DNA of 64,000 nt from Myxococcota bacterium (GCA_965228475.1 OZ245817.1:2880001-2944000); one strand, 5' to 3'. Shown: positions 1-9,872, counted from the stretch's first letter. The notes: a model not told the origin generated them from the sequence alone. Numbers and translations are program-made.

Positions 1-336
1 GAACTGCTCTCGCCCTACCCGCGCGTGACGGATTGGCTCGCGCGCGTCGCCGCCTTCGGGCACGGCAAGCCGGAACCCATCGACGTCGCTGAGGCCATCG
101 AGACCGCGCGCACGCACGCCCCGGTCCCCTTCGAGGGCGAGCCGGTCTTCCCCGACGGCATGGAGGAAGGCACGCCCGTCGTGATCCTGCACGACGAGTA
201 CGGCTCCGGGACCGTCACGGGCGAGCTCGCCGCCTCAGGCCTCCACGAGATCGCCGTACGCCGGCGGACGGAACGGGCCGGCGAGGTCGTCGTGCACTTC
301 CCGCGCGACGACTTCACGGTCATCGCCACGGGCTAA
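1..336 (+). CDS. Glutathione S-transferase family protein, C-terminal part (5' truncated by window edge)
   Basis: Frame is open from base 1 (ELLSPYPRVTDWLARVAAFGHG...). The C-terminus GEVVVHFPR matches the full-length GST paralogue at 5888-6817 (GAVHVHFPR). Confidence 0.75.
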   Translation, partial: ELLSPYPRVTDWLARVAAFGHGKPEPIDVAEAIETARTHAPVPFEGEPVFPDGMEEGTPVVILHDEYGSGTVTGELAASGLHEIAVRRRTERAGEVVVHFPRDDFTVIATG

Positions 337-1385
337 GCGTCGACGACGCGCTCCTCGACGAACTCCCGGAGCGTCGTCAGCGCCTCGGGGAGGTAGGGCA
401 GGAAGCCCATGTGGCTGCACGGGTACCAGGAGATGCCCGGCTCGCCCCAGTCGCGCCAGAGATCTTCGACGAGCTCGGGCCGGAAGAACAGATCGTCGCT
501 TCCTGCGAACAGATGGATCCGTTCCTGCGGGATCACCGGGCGCAGGCGTCCCCAGCCGATGCGCTCCATCCACTTTCCGACGTCCTCGGGTTCCCAGCCG
601 AAGCCGCGCAGGTCTTCCCGCATCGCGCCGAGTACCGGGGCATCCTCGACCACGGCGCCGAGGTCCATGTGCGCGATGAACGGCGCCGCGAAGGCGAAGC
701 CGGGTTCGAGGCACGCCAGCGTGGCCGCGATCGAACCCCCGAGGCTCAGCCCGCAGATGCCGACGGGCGTGGGGCTCTCGGCGCGCATCCACGCGAGCAG
801 CGTACGGGCATCGATCACCGTCTGGCGCAGGGATTCGAAGCTCTGGACGAGGTCCGCGGTCCAGAAGAGTTCGCCGTCGAACCGGGAGCCGCGCGGCTTG
901 CGCGAGCCGTGATACGGAGGCTGGAGCTGGACGATCTCCATGTCGAGCCGCCGCGCCATCCCGGCAATGAGGGTCACTTCCTCGAGCAGGGTCTCGGGCT
1001 GCATGTAGCCGTGGATGTAGAGGAGGCGCGGGCGTCCGCGCGCGGCCGGCGTTCGCACGCGCCGCGCCGTGACGGTCTGGATCCGCCGCCGGCGCGCGTG
1101 GTAGTGGCGGCGGAACGCGGGCTCGAGCGGATCGTGCTCCGAGGGAAAGGAGAGCTGCTCGCTCTCGATCCCCGGCACGCGCCAGCGGGGGTTCCAACGG
1201 ACGGCGGGCACGCCCCTCGGCTCCGGGAAGAGCTCTTCGACGCTCCTGCCCTCGTAGACCCCGAGCCGGTCGAGGGTGTTTCGCGCCGTCGGCCGAAAGA
1301 GCTGCGCGATTCGGGCGAGGCCACCGGTGATGGCGTCGAGATGAAACCCGCTGCGGGCCTCTTCAGCGTCGGAGTCGGGGGGCAT
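333..1385 (-). CDS. Alpha/beta hydrolase family protein
   Basis: IHGY oxyanion-like motif, GLSLGG nucleophile elbow, late Asp (GSDD) and His (SHMG). Confidence 0.75.
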   Translation of the reverse strand: MPPDSDAEEARSGFHLDAITGGLARIAQLFRPTARNTLDRLGVYEGRSVEELFPEPRGVPAVRWNPRWRVPGIESEQLSFPSEHDPLEPAFRRHYHARRRRIQTVTARRVRTPAARGRPRLLYIHGYMQPETLLEEVTLIAGMARRLDMEIVQLQPPYHGSRKPRGSRFDGELFWTADLVQSFESLRQTVIDARTLLAWMRAESPTPVGICGLSLGGSIAATLACLEPGFAFAAPFIAHMDLGAVVEDAPVLGAMREDLRGFGWEPEDVGKWMERIGWGRLRPVIPQERIHLFAGSDDLFFRPELVEDLWRDWGEPGISWYPCSHMGFLPYLPEALTTLREFVEERVVDA

Positions 1386-1440
1386 GGCGTGGGCAGCCTA
1401 CCATGCGCGCGACCGCCGCGGCCGACCCGTCCCGCCTCCG

Positions 1441-2613
1441 CTAGGCCCGGTCGGCGCAGCGGACCGCGGCGCCACCGATGCGGGCGATGCGCGTGTCGCC
1501 GAAGGGCGTCCCGACGCCACTGTTCACGGTCAGCGCCACGGCCAGCTCCCGCTGCGGATCGGCCCAGCCCCCGGATCCACCGAAGCCGAAGTGGCCGAAA
1601 CCCTGGGGCACCCGGCCACGGAACGCGAACACCCGGTGGTAGCCGAGCCGCCAGCGCATGGAGATGGGGATCACCCGCCCGGCCCCGCGGTTCTGCTCCT
1701 CCGCGGCGCGTCGCAGCGTCTCCGGGGAGAGCAGGCGTACGCCGTCGAGCTCCCCGCCCCGGGCGAGGCAGGCATACATCCGCGCCAGCGACCGCGCCGT
1801 GAACATGCCGTTGGCCGCCGGGATGGAGGCGGCGCGGAACTCGGGCGCGTTGAAGTCGAGGTCCTCCATGCTCGGAGCCATCAAGGCCGCGATGCTCTCG
1901 CTCGGGTCGTACCGGAAACCCAGCCGGGAGAGACGGCGGCTCCACCGATCCGCCCGCGCGAGGACCTTCTCCGTGTTGCGGCGGCGACGCTCGACGGGTC
2001 CATCCACGAGGCCGGACATGAGCGTCGCGCAGCGATGCTGCTGATCCGCCGGCACGCCGCAGTACAGACCGTCCAGCCCGAGCGGCCGCGCGATCTCACT
2101 CTCGAGCAGCTCGGCAAAGGGCTTCATGCCGGCAACGCGCCGCACGATCTCACCGACGAGCCAGCCGTAGGTGAGCGCGTGGTAGCCGTGCGCCTCGCCC
2201 GGGGCGTGACGGGGCGAGGCCTTCGCGATCCGTGCGGTGACGTGATCCCAGTCGAGCATCTCGCTGCCGTGCTCGACCATGTCCTGGATCCCGTAGAGCC
2301 CGGCCTCGTGGCACATCACCTGGCGAACGGTGACCCGCTCCTTGCCGGCTTCGGCGAACTCGGGCCAGTAGTCCGAGACGGGCGCGTCGTAGTCGATCAA
2401 CCCGCGGTCCGCGAAGACGTGGAGGAGGGTGGAAGCCACGCCCTTCGTGGTGGAGAAGGAGATACTGAGCGTGTCTTCCTCCCAGGGCGAGCCCGCGGCG
2501 TCCCGCGTGCCGCCCCAGATGTCGACGACCTTCTCGCCGCGGTAGTAGACGCAGGCGGCCGCCCCACCCTGTCGCCCCTCGCGGGGCAGGATGCGACGGA
2601 GATGCAGGGCCAC
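1441..2613 (-). CDS. Serine hydrolase, beta-lactamase/class C esterase family (true start uncertain)
   Basis: SxxK (FSTTK), YHALTYGW, LGLDG, FGHFGFGGS motifs. Coding-like sequence (GTVHPAFAE) continues upstream of the GTG at 2613; see findings. Confidence 0.85.
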   Translation of the reverse strand: MALHLRRILPREGRQGGAAACVYYRGEKVVDIWGGTRDAAGSPWEEDTLSISFSTTKGVASTLLHVFADRGLIDYDAPVSDYWPEFAEAGKERVTVRQVMCHEAGLYGIQDMVEHGSEMLDWDHVTARIAKASPRHAPGEAHGYHALTYGWLVGEIVRRVAGMKPFAELLESEIARPLGLDGLYCGVPADQQHRCATLMSGLVDGPVERRRRNTEKVLARADRWSRRLSRLGFRYDPSESIAALMAPSMEDLDFNAPEFRAASIPAANGMFTARSLARMYACLARGGELDGVRLLSPETLRRAAEEQNRGAGRVIPISMRWRLGYHRVFAFRGRVPQGFGHFGFGGSGGWADPQRELAVALTVNSGVGTPFGDTRIARIGGAAVRCADRA

Positions 2614-2704
2614 CTCGGCGAAGGCGGGATGGACGGTTCCGCATGAGCGACCTCCGCGGGCAGCTTACCGAATGCTCTCCGGCGAACCGTGGGCGGCCTT
2701 CCCT

Positions 2705-3589
2705 TCAGTCGAGCTGCGCGCTCGGGCCCGCGTCGGAGGCTCGGGCGTCGCCCTTGCGGATCATCGCCCGGGACCCCTCGTCCATCCAGCGCCCGCACAT
2801 CGCGAAGACCCCCGCGCCGTCGGTGTCGACGATCGCCCCGTTCAGCCAGCGCGCGGCGGGCGAGCAGAGCAGGACGATGGGCGGCGCTGCGTCCTCGGGC
2901 CTCGCCGCGGTCCGCAGCGGGTGGCTGCGCGACTCGTAGCCGGTCGCGGTAGCGAAGAGCGCGTCACCGAGCATCGTGCGCATGGAGTCGCTCATGATCG
3001 TGCCGGGATTGACCCCGAGCACGGTGATGCCGCGCTGTCCGACTTCGCAGGCGAGGTAGCGGATCATGGCCTCCATCGCGGCCTTCGCACCGGCGAGGAT
3101 GCCATGGGCAGGGATGAGGGTGCGGGTATCCGCGCCGGAGACGCCGATGATCGTCCCGCCGCCGACGGCTTCCATCATGGGGACCGCATTCTGGACGGCG
3201 CGCAGGAAGCCGATGGTCGAGATCGCGTAGGTCTTCTCGAGATGGTGCGGCTTCGCCTCCATCAGCGGCTTGAACGCCGTGGCCGCGGCGTTGAGGACGA
3301 GGATGTCCAAGCGACCCGGGGTCTGCCGCGCGGCCTCGAACAACGCGTCGATGCTCTCGACGTCGCCCATGTCGAGCTCGTGCACGAAGGTCTGCCGCCC
3401 CATCGAGCGGATCTCCTGCGCGACCTCGTCCGCCGCCTCCCGCTGCTTCCGGTAGGTGACGATCACGTCGGCCCCTGCGCCGGCGAGGTCGAGCGCCGTG
3501 GCGCGTCCGAGGCCACGCGATGCTCCGGTGACCAGCGCCGTCTTTCCCGAGAGGTCCGGCAGATCCCGGTCCGGTCGTTCCGTATCCAT
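2705..3589 (-). CDS. SDR family oxidoreductase, FabL/enoyl-reductase-like
   Basis: TGASRGLG Rossmann motif, LVLNAA, VNPG. ATG at 3589 chosen over the longer ORF-track start. Confidence 0.85.
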   Translation of the reverse strand: MDTERPDRDLPDLSGKTALVTGASRGLGRATALDLAGAGADVIVTYRKQREAADEVAQEIRSMGRQTFVHELDMGDVESIDALFEAARQTPGRLDILVLNAAATAFKPLMEAKPHHLEKTYAISTIGFLRAVQNAVPMMEAVGGGTIIGVSGADTRTLIPAHGILAGAKAAMEAMIRYLACEVGQRGITVLGVNPGTIMSDSMRTMLGDALFATATGYESRSHPLRTAARPEDAAPPIVLLCSPAARWLNGAIVDTDGAGVFAMCGRWMDEGSRAMIRKGDARASDAGPSAQLD

Positions 3590-3687
3590 GCAATCACTCC
3601 GGCATTCCGGAAGCGAGACGCTCCCTCTTCTCACACTCTAGGCGATCGGTTCCGTGGAGAGTCCGGGGGAAGCGGCCGGCCGGGGTT

Positions 3688-3731
3688 TTGACAGGACGGG
3701 GGCCGGCTCTAGTCTCCAGACATGCCTGTCT
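3688..3731 (+). promoter_or_regulatory. Sigma70-like promoter with overlapping palindromic operator upstream of pdxH
   Basis: TTGACA (3688-3693), 16 nt spacer, TAGTCT (3710-3715), then inverted repeat AGACA-tgcc-TGTCT (3718-3731). Confidence 0.5.
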
Positions 3732-3750
3732 CATCTTGCGCGGCCGACCC

Positions 3751-4428
3751 ATGAGCACGAAGGCCTCCGAGTGGCCTCACCTCCCGGACCCCCTCCCCCG
3801 GGACCCGTTGCCCTGGGTCGCGAAGTGGTTCGAAGAGGCGCGGGGCGCGGAGCGTTTCCGAAATCCCGACGCCATGGCCCTGGCCACCTGCGACGCGGCG
3901 GGACGCCCCCAGGTCCGCATGGTGCTCTGCCGGGGCTTCGACCCGGCTCGCGGGAGCCTGCGTTTCTACACCCTGCGTGACAGTCCGAAAGGGCAGCAGC
4001 TCGATGCCTCCGGCCGCGCGAGTGGCGTCTTCTACTGGGACGGCTGGGGCCGCCAGCTGCGCATCGAAGGCCGCGTGGCTCGTACCAGCGACGCCGACTC
4101 CGACGCCTACTTCGCGAGCCGCCACCCGCTCTCCCAGATCTCGGCCTGGGCGAGCGAGCAGAGCCGGCCCATCCCCTCACGGCAAGCGCTGATCGAGCGC
4201 CACGAGGCGTTCGCGAAACGTTTCGGTGTGTCCCCGACGGATGGAGTGGCGGAACGCGACGGCCACGATCCCGTCCCCCGGCCGCCGAACTGGGGCGGCT
4301 ACGAGATCCTCGCGGACCGGATCGAGTTCTGGCTCGAGGGCGAGGCCCGGATGCACGAACGCGCCGCCTTCACGCGCAACGCCGGCGCGACGGACGCCAC
4401 CTGGCGGGCCGAGCGCCTCCAACCGTGA
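3751..4428 (+). CDS. pdxH: Pyridoxamine 5'-phosphate oxidase
   Basis: PDAMALAT, RMVL, FYT..DSPKG, RQLRIEG, YFASR, SAWASEQS, PPNWGGY, IEFW..R.HER. Confidence 0.92.
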   Translation: MSTKASEWPHLPDPLPRDPLPWVAKWFEEARGAERFRNPDAMALATCDAAGRPQVRMVLCRGFDPARGSLRFYTLRDSPKGQQLDASGRASGVFYWDGWGRQLRIEGRVARTSDADSDAYFASRHPLSQISAWASEQSRPIPSRQALIERHEAFAKRFGVSPTDGVAERDGHDPVPRPPNWGGYEILADRIEFWLEGEARMHERAAFTRNAGATDATWRAERLQP

Positions 4429-4865
4429 GCGACGCCCCGGATCTTCTCCTGCTCGTCCACGTCGCTGCGACCTGGTACATGGTGGGCCTCTGCTGGCTGA
4501 TCCAAAGGGTCCAGTATCCGCTGATGGCTTCGGTCGGACGCGAGTCCTTCGTGGCGTACGAGCAGGGCCACACGGACCGGATCCGCGCCGTCGTGGTTCC
4601 TGTCATGCTCGTCGAGGTCGCCACGGCCCTGACACTCTTCTTTCGGGGTGGCAGCCCGGCCGAGCGGATCGAGTTCCAGGTCGGCCTGGCCCTGCTCGCA
4701 GCGATCTGGCTCTCGGCCTTCCTGATCCAGGTCCCCCTCCACGCGAAGCTCACGACGGCCTTCGACGCGCGCGCCCACGCCGAACTCGTCCGCAGCAACT
4801 GGATTCGCACCCTCGCCTGGAGCGCCCGCGGTCTGCTGCTCCTGCACCTCCTTTGGGCCGGTTGA
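4425..4865 (+). CDS. Small integral membrane protein of unknown function
   Basis: GTGA overlap with pdxH stop, about four hydrophobic segments, QVPLH...NWIRT motif. Confidence 0.7.
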   Translation: MSDAPDLLLLVHVAATWYMVGLCWLIQRVQYPLMASVGRESFVAYEQGHTDRIRAVVVPVMLVEVATALTLFFRGGSPAERIEFQVGLALLAAIWLSAFLIQVPLHAKLTTAFDARAHAELVRSNWIRTLAWSARGLLLLHLLWAG

Positions 4866-4949
4866 ACCGTTCCGATCGGGCGGGGGCCCGCCCGGGGCCG
4901 CCGGTGCTCGCCGCCCCCGCATCCCGGTCGCGAGTGATACGCTCGCCGG

Positions 4950-5891
4950 ATGGAATTCATCGAAACCCCCGACGAGCGCTTCCTAGGCCTGAAGGACTAT
5001 CCCTTCGAGCCCCACTACCACACGATCGAGCCCGAAGGCCTGCGCATGCACTACGTGGACGAGGGCCCGCGCGACGCCGCGCCGGTGCTGATGCTCCACG
5101 GGGAGCCGTCGTGGTCCTATCTCTACCGCTTCATGATCCCGCCCTGCGCCGCGGCCGGGCACCGCGTCATCGCGCCGGACCTCGTCGGCTTCGGGCGCTC
5201 CTCGAAGCCCACGCGCCTCGAGGACTACACCTACGAGCGTCACTGCGACTGGCTGCGCTCCTTCATCGAAGCCCTCGACCTGCGTGAGATCACGCTCTTC
5301 TGCCAGGACTGGGGTTCGCTCCTCGGGCTGCGCCTCGCCGCCGAGCTCGAGGGCCGCTTCGCGCGGGTGATGGTCGGCAACGGCGGGCTCCCGGACGGAA
5401 AGCCGCCGGGGGGTACCGGGCTTCGCGCGCTCCCGAACGTCGCTGCGTTCCTGGCGTGGCGCACATTCGCGCGTTTCTCACCGCGCCTTCCCGTCGCGCG
5501 CATCCTCCAGTTCGGCACCGGGCGCGAACTCGACGCGGAGGAGCTGCGCGCCTACGACGCCCCCTTCCCCGACGACCGCTTCAAGGCCGGCGCACGGGCC
5601 TTCCCGCTGCTCGTCCCGATCACACCTGGCGACCCCGCCGTTCCGGCGAACCAGCGCGCCTGGCAGATCCTCGAGCGGTGGGAGAAGCCCTTCCTCACCA
5701 CCTTCAGCAGCGGTGACCCGATCACCCGCGGGATGGATCGGGCGCTCCAGCGCCGGATCCCCGGAACGAAGGGCCAGCCTCACCGCACCGTCCGCGGCGG
5801 CCACTTCCTCCAGGAGGACTCCGGCCCCGAGCTCGCCAAGATCCTCACCGAGTGGGTCGCCGCGACCCCTGCCGAGGGAGCCATCGGATGA
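4950..5891 (+). CDS. Haloalkane dehalogenase (HLD-I / DhmA-like)
   Basis: TPDERF, MHYVDEG, LHGEPSWSYLYR, APDLVGFGRS, QDWG (Asp nucleophile plus Trp), GHFLQED. Confidence 0.92.
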   Translation: MEFIETPDERFLGLKDYPFEPHYHTIEPEGLRMHYVDEGPRDAAPVLMLHGEPSWSYLYRFMIPPCAAAGHRVIAPDLVGFGRSSKPTRLEDYTYERHCDWLRSFIEALDLREITLFCQDWGSLLGLRLAAELEGRFARVMVGNGGLPDGKPPGGTGLRALPNVAAFLAWRTFARFSPRLPVARILQFGTGRELDAEELRAYDAPFPDDRFKAGARAFPLLVPITPGDPAVPANQRAWQILERWEKPFLTTFSSGDPITRGMDRALQRRIPGTKGQPHRTVRGGHFLQEDSGPELAKILTEWVAATPAEGAIG

Positions 5892-6817
5892 GCGAGACCC
5901 TGATCCTCCATCACTACGACGCCTCGCCCTACGCCGAGAAGATCCGCCTGATGTTCGGTGCGAAAGGCCTGCGCTGGCAGTCGGTCCTGTCCCCGCCCCA
6001 GCCACCGCGCCCGAACGTGGACCCCCTCTCCGGCGGCTACCGGCGCATCCCGATCGCCCAGATTGGGGCAGACGTCTTCTGCGACACCTACGTGATCGCC
6101 CAGGAGGTGGCCCGGCTGGCCGACGCGCCGGAACTCGACCCCGCACTCGCGAGCGGTGACGCCGCCGAGATCCTCGAACGGGCCGAGGGCGACGTCTTCT
6201 TCGCGGCGATCGGCAGCGTCGCGCCGGCGACCCTGCTCGGAACGCTCCTGCGCACGGTCGGGCCTTTCGGGCTCGTGCGCTTCGCCCTCGACCGCGCGCG
6301 CATGATGCAGACGGCGAACGTCCGGCCCGCCCAGGGCGAAGCCGCCCGGAAGATCATGAAGGAGTTCCTGGCGGACCTCGAGCAGCGTCTCGCGTCCGGC
6401 GCGACCTTCCTGACCGGCGACGGCCCGACGATCGCGGACTTCGCCGCGTTCCATCCGCTCTGGCTCCACGTCCGCAGCCGCCGCGAGCCGCTCGACGAGC
6501 GCTACGCGCGGATCGTTCGCTGGTACGAGCGCATGGAAGACCTCGGCCACGGCACGCGCGAGGAACTCCCTCCCGAACGAGCTCTCGAAGCCGCGCGGTC
6601 CGGCAAGCCGCGCCCGCTCCCGGCGGCCGCCGGCGAAGCCGACCCTCGGGTCGGCCGCCGCGTCCGCGTGGCGCCGAGCGACTACGGGAACGTCCCGGTC
6701 GAGGGGGTTCTCGCGGCGGCCACGCCGGACCGACTGATCCTCGCCCGCGAGAGTGAAGCCGCCGGGGCCGTCCACGTCCACTTTCCGCGGCGCGGGTTCT
6801 CGATCGAAGAGGCCTGA
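5888..6817 (+). CDS. Glutathione S-transferase family protein
   Basis: LHHYDASPYAEKIR, GGYRRIP, QIGADVFCDT, PTIADF. ATGA overlap with the upstream gene. Confidence 0.88.
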   Translation: MSETLILHHYDASPYAEKIRLMFGAKGLRWQSVLSPPQPPRPNVDPLSGGYRRIPIAQIGADVFCDTYVIAQEVARLADAPELDPALASGDAAEILERAEGDVFFAAIGSVAPATLLGTLLRTVGPFGLVRFALDRARMMQTANVRPAQGEAARKIMKEFLADLEQRLASGATFLTGDGPTIADFAAFHPLWLHVRSRREPLDERYARIVRWYERMEDLGHGTREELPPERALEAARSGKPRPLPAAAGEADPRVGRRVRVAPSDYGNVPVEGVLAAATPDRLILARESEAAGAVHVHFPRRGFSIEEA

Positions 6818-6831
6818 GCCGGGACGCCCGA

Positions 6832-7869
6832 TCAGCGGAGGCTGGAGAGTCCGGGCCACCAGAGGTAGTGGAAGCCGGGCTGCTCGAGCATCGCGCCGAG
6901 CGCCGCGGGCAGCGGCGCGCCGGAAGCCGCGGGCGCCGGCGTCGCAGACTTCATGTAGACGTTGCGGCGCCGCTGGTTCGGACGGTGGTAGGAGACGACC
7001 CGGACCTCCGGCACGCCGATCTCCTTCTCGAGCAGCGCGATCGCATCGTTCAGGTTTCCGATGCGGTCGACCAGTCCGTTCTCGAGCGCCTGCGGTGCAC
7101 TGTAGACCCGGCCGTCCGCCAGGGCGTCGACGCGTTCCGGGCCGAGCGCCGGGCGCCCGCGCACGACCACCTCACGGAACCGCGCGTGCAGGTCGTCGAC
7201 GATCGCCTGAAGCTGGGCCCTCTCCTCCGTCGTGAGCGGCCGAAGCGGAGAGCCCATGTCCTTGAGCTCGCCGCCGGTGATCGTCTGGTTCTCGATTCCG
7301 AGCTTGTCCATCAGGCCGGCGACGTTCACGCCGCCGAAGATGACGCCGATCGAGCCGAGCACGCTGGTCGGATGCGCCTGCACGGTGTCTGCGGACATCG
7401 CCACGTAGTAGCCGCCCGAGGCCGCGAGCTGGAGCATCTGCGCCACCACCGGCGCGCCCCGCTCCTCCTTGAAGCGCACGATCTCGCTGTAGATCTGCTC
7501 GGAGCCGGTCGCGGTCCCTCCCGGGCTGTCGATGCGCAGAAGCAGGCCGCGGACCTCGTCGTCCTCGCGCGCGCGATCGAGGGCCTCCCTGACGCGGGCG
7601 ACCATGCTGGGCGCTTCCCGATCGAACAGACCCGACGAAGAGGGTTCACCGCTGATCACCCCGTCGATCTCGACGAGCAGGACCTTGGGCCCGGCGTCGC
7701 CTTCGACCGTGGATTCCCGAAGTGGCGCGTTGGCGCCCCCGGACAGCAGGTCGACGGTGATGCACCCGGTCGCCCCGAGCGCCATCAGCGACAGGGCGAA
7801 TGCACGAATCCAGGAAAGGAGGGGCCGCGCACGGCGCGGCGCGTGCCAGCTAGAGATAGACATCGACAT
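6832..7869 (-). CDS. sppA: Signal peptide peptidase SppA (short, S49 family), probable lipoprotein
   Basis: LRIDSPGG, AASGGYYVA, GSIGV, DGRVYSA.QA...GLVD. Lipobox-like ATGC after a hydrophobic stretch. Confidence 0.88.
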   Translation of the reverse strand: MSMSISSWHAPRRARPLLSWIRAFALSLMALGATGCITVDLLSGGANAPLRESTVEGDAGPKVLLVEIDGVISGEPSSSGLFDREAPSMVARVREALDRAREDDEVRGLLLRIDSPGGTATGSEQIYSEIVRFKEERGAPVVAQMLQLAASGGYYVAMSADTVQAHPTSVLGSIGVIFGGVNVAGLMDKLGIENQTITGGELKDMGSPLRPLTTEERAQLQAIVDDLHARFREVVVRGRPALGPERVDALADGRVYSAPQALENGLVDRIGNLNDAIALLEKEIGVPEVRVVSYHRPNQRRRNVYMKSATPAPAASGAPLPAALGAMLEQPGFHYLWWPGLSSLR

Positions 7870-7913
7870 GGTCAGGAGGATATCCCCTCTCGTCGCTCTC
7901 CGAAGGAGCACGC

Positions 7914-9872
7914 TCAGAGACCGTCCGCGAGATCCTCGAAGGCCCGGAAGCCGGTCTCTTCGCGAAACACGCAGAAGTGTCCGTCGTAGTCGACACTGGG
8001 GGTGCAGCGTTCGAGGCGGCCTTCGCGGCTGGCATCGGCGATCCAGCCGGGGCCGTCGTCGGGGACCTTGCTGTCCCCATCGCCTTGGAAGACGACGATC
8101 GGCACGGGGTGACTCGCCGCTACGGGCAGCGGATCGCCCCCGTCGAGAATCAACTGGAACGGGAAGCCCAGGGGGTGGAAGCGATCGATCCCGTCGAGGG
8201 CCTGGGGCGGCACTCCGAACAGTGCGCCTAGCACCTTGGGAGGCGTCGGGTCGTCGGGAAGCGGCACCCCCGAGAGCAGGAAGATCGTCTCCGCAATGCC
8301 CTCGAGCTCGAACAGGTCCGAGGCAAGGACCGAATGGAGCTGGAAACCGGACGTTCCGTTGATCAGGGCGCGCCGCGGCCCACTCCCGCCGTGGAGGGCC
8401 AGGGCCACGCCGCCGATCTGCGCTCCGATCGAGTGGCCGAACACGCCCAGCCGATGCGGATCGAGCCCGGCCCCCTCCCCGACCGCTGCCAGCACGTCCG
8501 GGAGTCCTTCGCGTGCGAAGCGCACCAGGACGTGTTGGTCGACCGCGCCCTGCTGCATGGCGGCGCGGAAGGCCGGAAGGTTGGGCACGTTCACCACGGC
8601 CAGATTCGTCTCGTAGCCTTCGTCGACGAGGGGATGCCGTCTGCCGAACAGGGGCTGGTCCGAGCTCAGCAACACCGTGCCGCGTTCGGCGAGTCTCCGC
8701 CGGATCTCCGGAATGTCGTTGCCGGGGCTCTTGCGCTGCACCGCCTCGTAGGCGTCCCCGCCGGAACCGTGCCCCCAGAGCACGATGCGCTCCGGCGAGA
8801 CGGCTCTCGGGACCTGGACGACGACGCGCATTGGCTCCGGCATTCCGGTCGAGAGCAGCCCCCCGTCGTCCGCGAACCGGATCCATCCATCGGTGCGATC
8901 GGTATCGGAGAGGATGCCGAGCCCGGGGCTCTGGTACGGACGGCCCTCGGGCGCCTGGAAGACGACGGTGTGCAGGGTGATCTGGAAGACCCGCATCGGA
9001 CCAGCGAGTACGTCGATCTCCTGGGCCGCGCCGCCGCTCACGCGACCGAGGTAGGTCACCTCCTCCCCTCCGTCGACGAAGCGCACCGTCTCGACCGTCG
9101 CCGCTCGCCCGGAGGGTGTCACCCCCTGCGCATAGCCGACGGAGGCCACCTCCCGAGGCGGCTCGAGGGGCTGGAGCGCTTCGGGAAACGCCTCGATGAC
9201 GGCATCCGTGGCACGTCTCAGCTCGAGGAGCTCCGACACCGGATCCTGGACCGTGAAGACCGTCGCGATCCCGGCCCGCCTGGCCAGCCGCCACGGCAAC
9301 TCCGCCGGAGGCTCCCAGCCCTCCGCCGGCCGCACCGCCTGGTGCGAAACGACGCACGCGTAGCGTTCACCGGGCCGGAGCGGGTGACGCTCGTCCGGCG
9401 TCACGATCAGCAGGCCGTCCCTCAAGTACGGATCGCCGAGCGCGTCCGCGCGATAGCGGACGCGGACCGGCACCCGATGCCCCGAATCGAGTGACACCAG
9501 CCGCACCGCGTCCCAGCGGCGGCTCTCGTAGGCCGAAGCCAGATCGGGCTCGCCATCGACGCGGAAGTAGATCGGGGTCATGGCGGAGAAGCCCCGGACG
9601 CTGCCCGCCACCTGGCCGAGCCAGCCTCCGAGGAACAGATCGCCCAGCGCCGGACCCGAGCGCGGAAACCCTTCGAGCGAGACGAGGCCGTCGCCTCCTC
9701 GAAGCTCGTCGGCGGGATACGGCCGATCGAGCAGGTGCCCACTGCGGTCGGGTGCGACGAGCGCGGTCGGCCGCGCGCTGCCGCTCGGCGGACACGCCTC
9801 GGGCGCGAAGCCGAGCCACGCGAGGAGGAGGAAGAAGATCGAGAAGTGGCTCTGGAAGGTGACGGCGTACAT
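7914..9872 (-). CDS. Secreted hypothetical protein with C-terminal alpha/beta hydrolase domain
   Basis: N-terminal hydrophobic segment, WGHGSGG, GHSIG nucleophile elbow, late Asp and GHF His. Confidence 0.65.
   Translation of the reverse strand: MYAVTFQSHFSIFFLLLAWLGFAPEACPPSGSARPTALVAPDRSGHLLDRPYPADELRGGDGLVSLEGFPRSGPALGDLFLGGWLGQVAGSVRGFSAMTPIYFRVDGEPDLASAYESRRWDAVRLVSLDSGHRVPVRVRYRADALGDPYLRDGLLIVTPDERHPLRPGERYACVVSHQAVRPAEGWEPPAELPWRLARRAGIATVFTVQDPVSELLELRRATDAVIEAFPEALQPLEPPREVASVGYAQGVTPSGRAATVETVRFVDGGEEVTYLGRVSGGAAQEIDVLAGPMRVFQITLHTVVFQAPEGRPYQSPGLGILSDTDRTDGWIRFADDGGLLSTGMPEPMRVVVQVPRAVSPERIVLWGHGSGGDAYEAVQRKSPGNDIPEIRRRLAERGTVLLSSDQPLFGRRHPLVDEGYETNLAVVNVPNLPAFRAAMQQGAVDQHVLVRFAREGLPDVLAAVGEGAGLDPHRLGVFGHSIGAQIGGVALALHGGSGPRRALINGTSGFQLHSVLASDLFELEGIAETIFLLSGVPLPDDPTPPKVLGALFGVPPQALDGIDRFHPLGFPFQLILDGGDPLPVAASHPVPIVVFQGDGDSKVPDDGPGWIADASREGRLERCTPSVDYDGHFCVFREETGFRAFEDLADGL

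Noticed and set aside
1441..2613. Antibiotic-resistance beta-lactamase
   Set aside because: The motifs fit the broad class C-like esterase family and the context is lipid catabolism; nothing supports a resistance role.
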